This document shows, piece after piece, positions 25,198 to 26,109 of a stretch of DNA of 26,109 nucleotides (position 1 is the stretch's first letter; each line of letters opens with the position of its first letter). A program made the translations under genes and the position numbers. A model generated the notes under the pieces. That model was not told the origin of the DNA and searched no databases. It saw only the letters and a program-made list of their open reading frames with translations. This DNA is from a virus (taxonomy: Duplodnaviria; Caudoviricetes), in the IMG/VR virus record IMGVR_UViG_3300037423_002135, positions 1 to 26,109 of that record, one strand, 5' to 3'.

Positions 25198-25416
25198 TCA
25201 GCCCAGAACCAGCAGCACCAGCCAGAACACCACCGCGGCGTAGGCCAGCTTCCACACCAGGCTGAGCCCGTGGTTGACCAGGCCCTCGGCCCAGTCGGCG
25301 AGCCCGAAGTACTTCTTCTGGTCGAGCCAGACGAAGGCGTGCTTGACCACCCAGTCGGTGACCAGATGCGCGGCGAGGATCCCCGCCAACAGCACGAGAT
25401 ACGCGAGGAGGTGCAT
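25198..25416 (-). CDS. 72-aa membrane protein with two predicted TM helices
   Basis: ATG at 25416 after AAAGGAAG is preferred over the track start at 25521; hydrophobic segments lie at both ends. Confidence 0.65.
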   Translation of the reverse strand: MHLLAYLVLLAGILAAHLVTDWVVKHAFVWLDQKKYFGLADWAEGLVNHGLSLVWKLAYAAVVFWLVLLVLG

Positions 25417-25419
25417 GTC

Positions 25420-26109
25420 GCTTCCTTTCCCAGATAATCGACGGTTGGGATTTAGATAACCTTTTGTCGAATATGGCAAGCCATTATCAAGGGAACCAGG
25501 AGCAGGAAGCTGGACAAGCACCCCCCTCCTGTGGCTTTCTCCCCTCGGCAGCTACCCCTATCTACGCCCCTTCCCCAGGACTGGCCTACACTTTCCCCCC
25601 TTAAAATATAAGGAAGGAAGGGTGATGGGCCTATTGTCCAGACCTCTCCTGCGGAGAGGATCCGGACCATTCGAGGGGGAACTCTCTCCCACCCGCTTAT
25701 ATAGAATATCATTAAAGATATTTTATATAATATATTATTATATAATATTATATAGAAAACATTATCCTTATTAGTAGCCCCACCGATTATCATGATTATG
25801 TAGATAATCATTATTTATTTAATCGGGTTGGGGGAAAAATCTCACAGAAGTCTGGGTGCTGATTAACTTATATAATATTATATTATTATTAGGGTTAGGG
25901 CAAAAATATTATAGAAGTCTGGGTGCAGGTTCACACCGTTCACACCTGTCGCACTGAACCCACCCCCCCGGGTAGGTCTCAGCACACCGGGCACACTCCC
26001 CCTGGTGCCTTCTGAACCCTGGGCGCTGCGCGCCTTGCGGATCATCGGATGACGCTCATCCCTGATCGTTATCCCGTTAATCAGCGAGTTAATCCGTCCC
26101 GCTGGTTCC
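25420..26109. promoter_or_regulatory. Non-coding control / probable genome-end region with an extreme AT-rich core
   Basis: No credible ORF; nearly pure A/T tracts at ~25697-25775 and ~25862-25891 in an otherwise GC-rich genome; repeats and C-tracts; lies upstream of all minus-strand genes. Confidence 0.6.
25825..25926 (+). repeat. Imperfect 35-bp direct repeat (two copies, 67-bp period)
   Basis: 25825-25859 GGGTTGGGGGAAAAATCTCACAGAAGTCTGGGTGC versus 25892-25926 GGGTTAGGGCAAAAATATTATAGAAGTCTGGGTGC: 30/35 identical, last 14 nt exact. Confidence 0.9.

Noticed and set aside
25452-25811. 119-aa Ile/Tyr-rich ORF
   Set aside because: It is a translation of AT-rich low-complexity DNA with codon usage unlike the genuine genes.
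25825-25926. Possible mini-CRISPR array (35-bp repeats, 32-bp spacer)
   Set aside because: There are only two imperfect, non-palindromic copies, the 'spacer' is low-complexity AT sequence and no cas genes are present. Kept only as a direct repeat.
26047-26061. GGATGA-CGC-TCATCC triloop hairpin as an N4 virion-RNA-polymerase promoter
   Set aside because: It lacks the C-G-closed GNA-type loop and flanking consensus of N4 early promoters, and downstream context is outside the window.
26077-26092. TTAA..TTAA resembling a CtrA box
   Set aside because: The spacer is 8 nt rather than the canonical 7, and the host is unknown.
1-26109. tRNA/rRNA genes, integrase, transposase, introns or inteins
   Set aside because: None were recognised; terminase, portal and capsid genes are of normal length and uninterrupted.

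Overview
This window is the late (virion morphogenesis) arm and probable end region of a GC-rich N4-like phage (Schitoviridae-type gene order). All credible genes are on the minus strand. In transcription order (right to left) it holds: an AT-rich non-coding region with direct repeats (possible terminus/control region); six small genes including a Gp49/Sf6-gp66-family (Acb4-like) protein and a Tad2/DUF2829 fusion protein, i.e. a probable anti-defence 'sponge' cluster; two accessory beta-rich virion-like proteins and a 127-aa hypothetical; gp69-like protein, large terminase and gp67-like protein; a beta-helix tailspike; a 111-aa mini-paralog made only of that tailspike's N- and C-termini; a collagen-repeat fibre; a lysis cassette (membrane protein, GH19 endolysin, 3TM holin); portal, gp58, gp57, major capsid protein, gp55, gp54, gp53 and gp52; and a gp51-position protein carrying a GH108 muramidase domain, cut by the window edge and missed by the ORF track. 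The best leads are the tailspike mini-paralog, the sponge cluster with candidate uncharacterised sponge domains, a recurring (CT)AGATAATC intergenic motif and a possibly switchable RNA structure at about 23430-23550. Family assignments come from motif recognition and synteny by eye; no searches were run.
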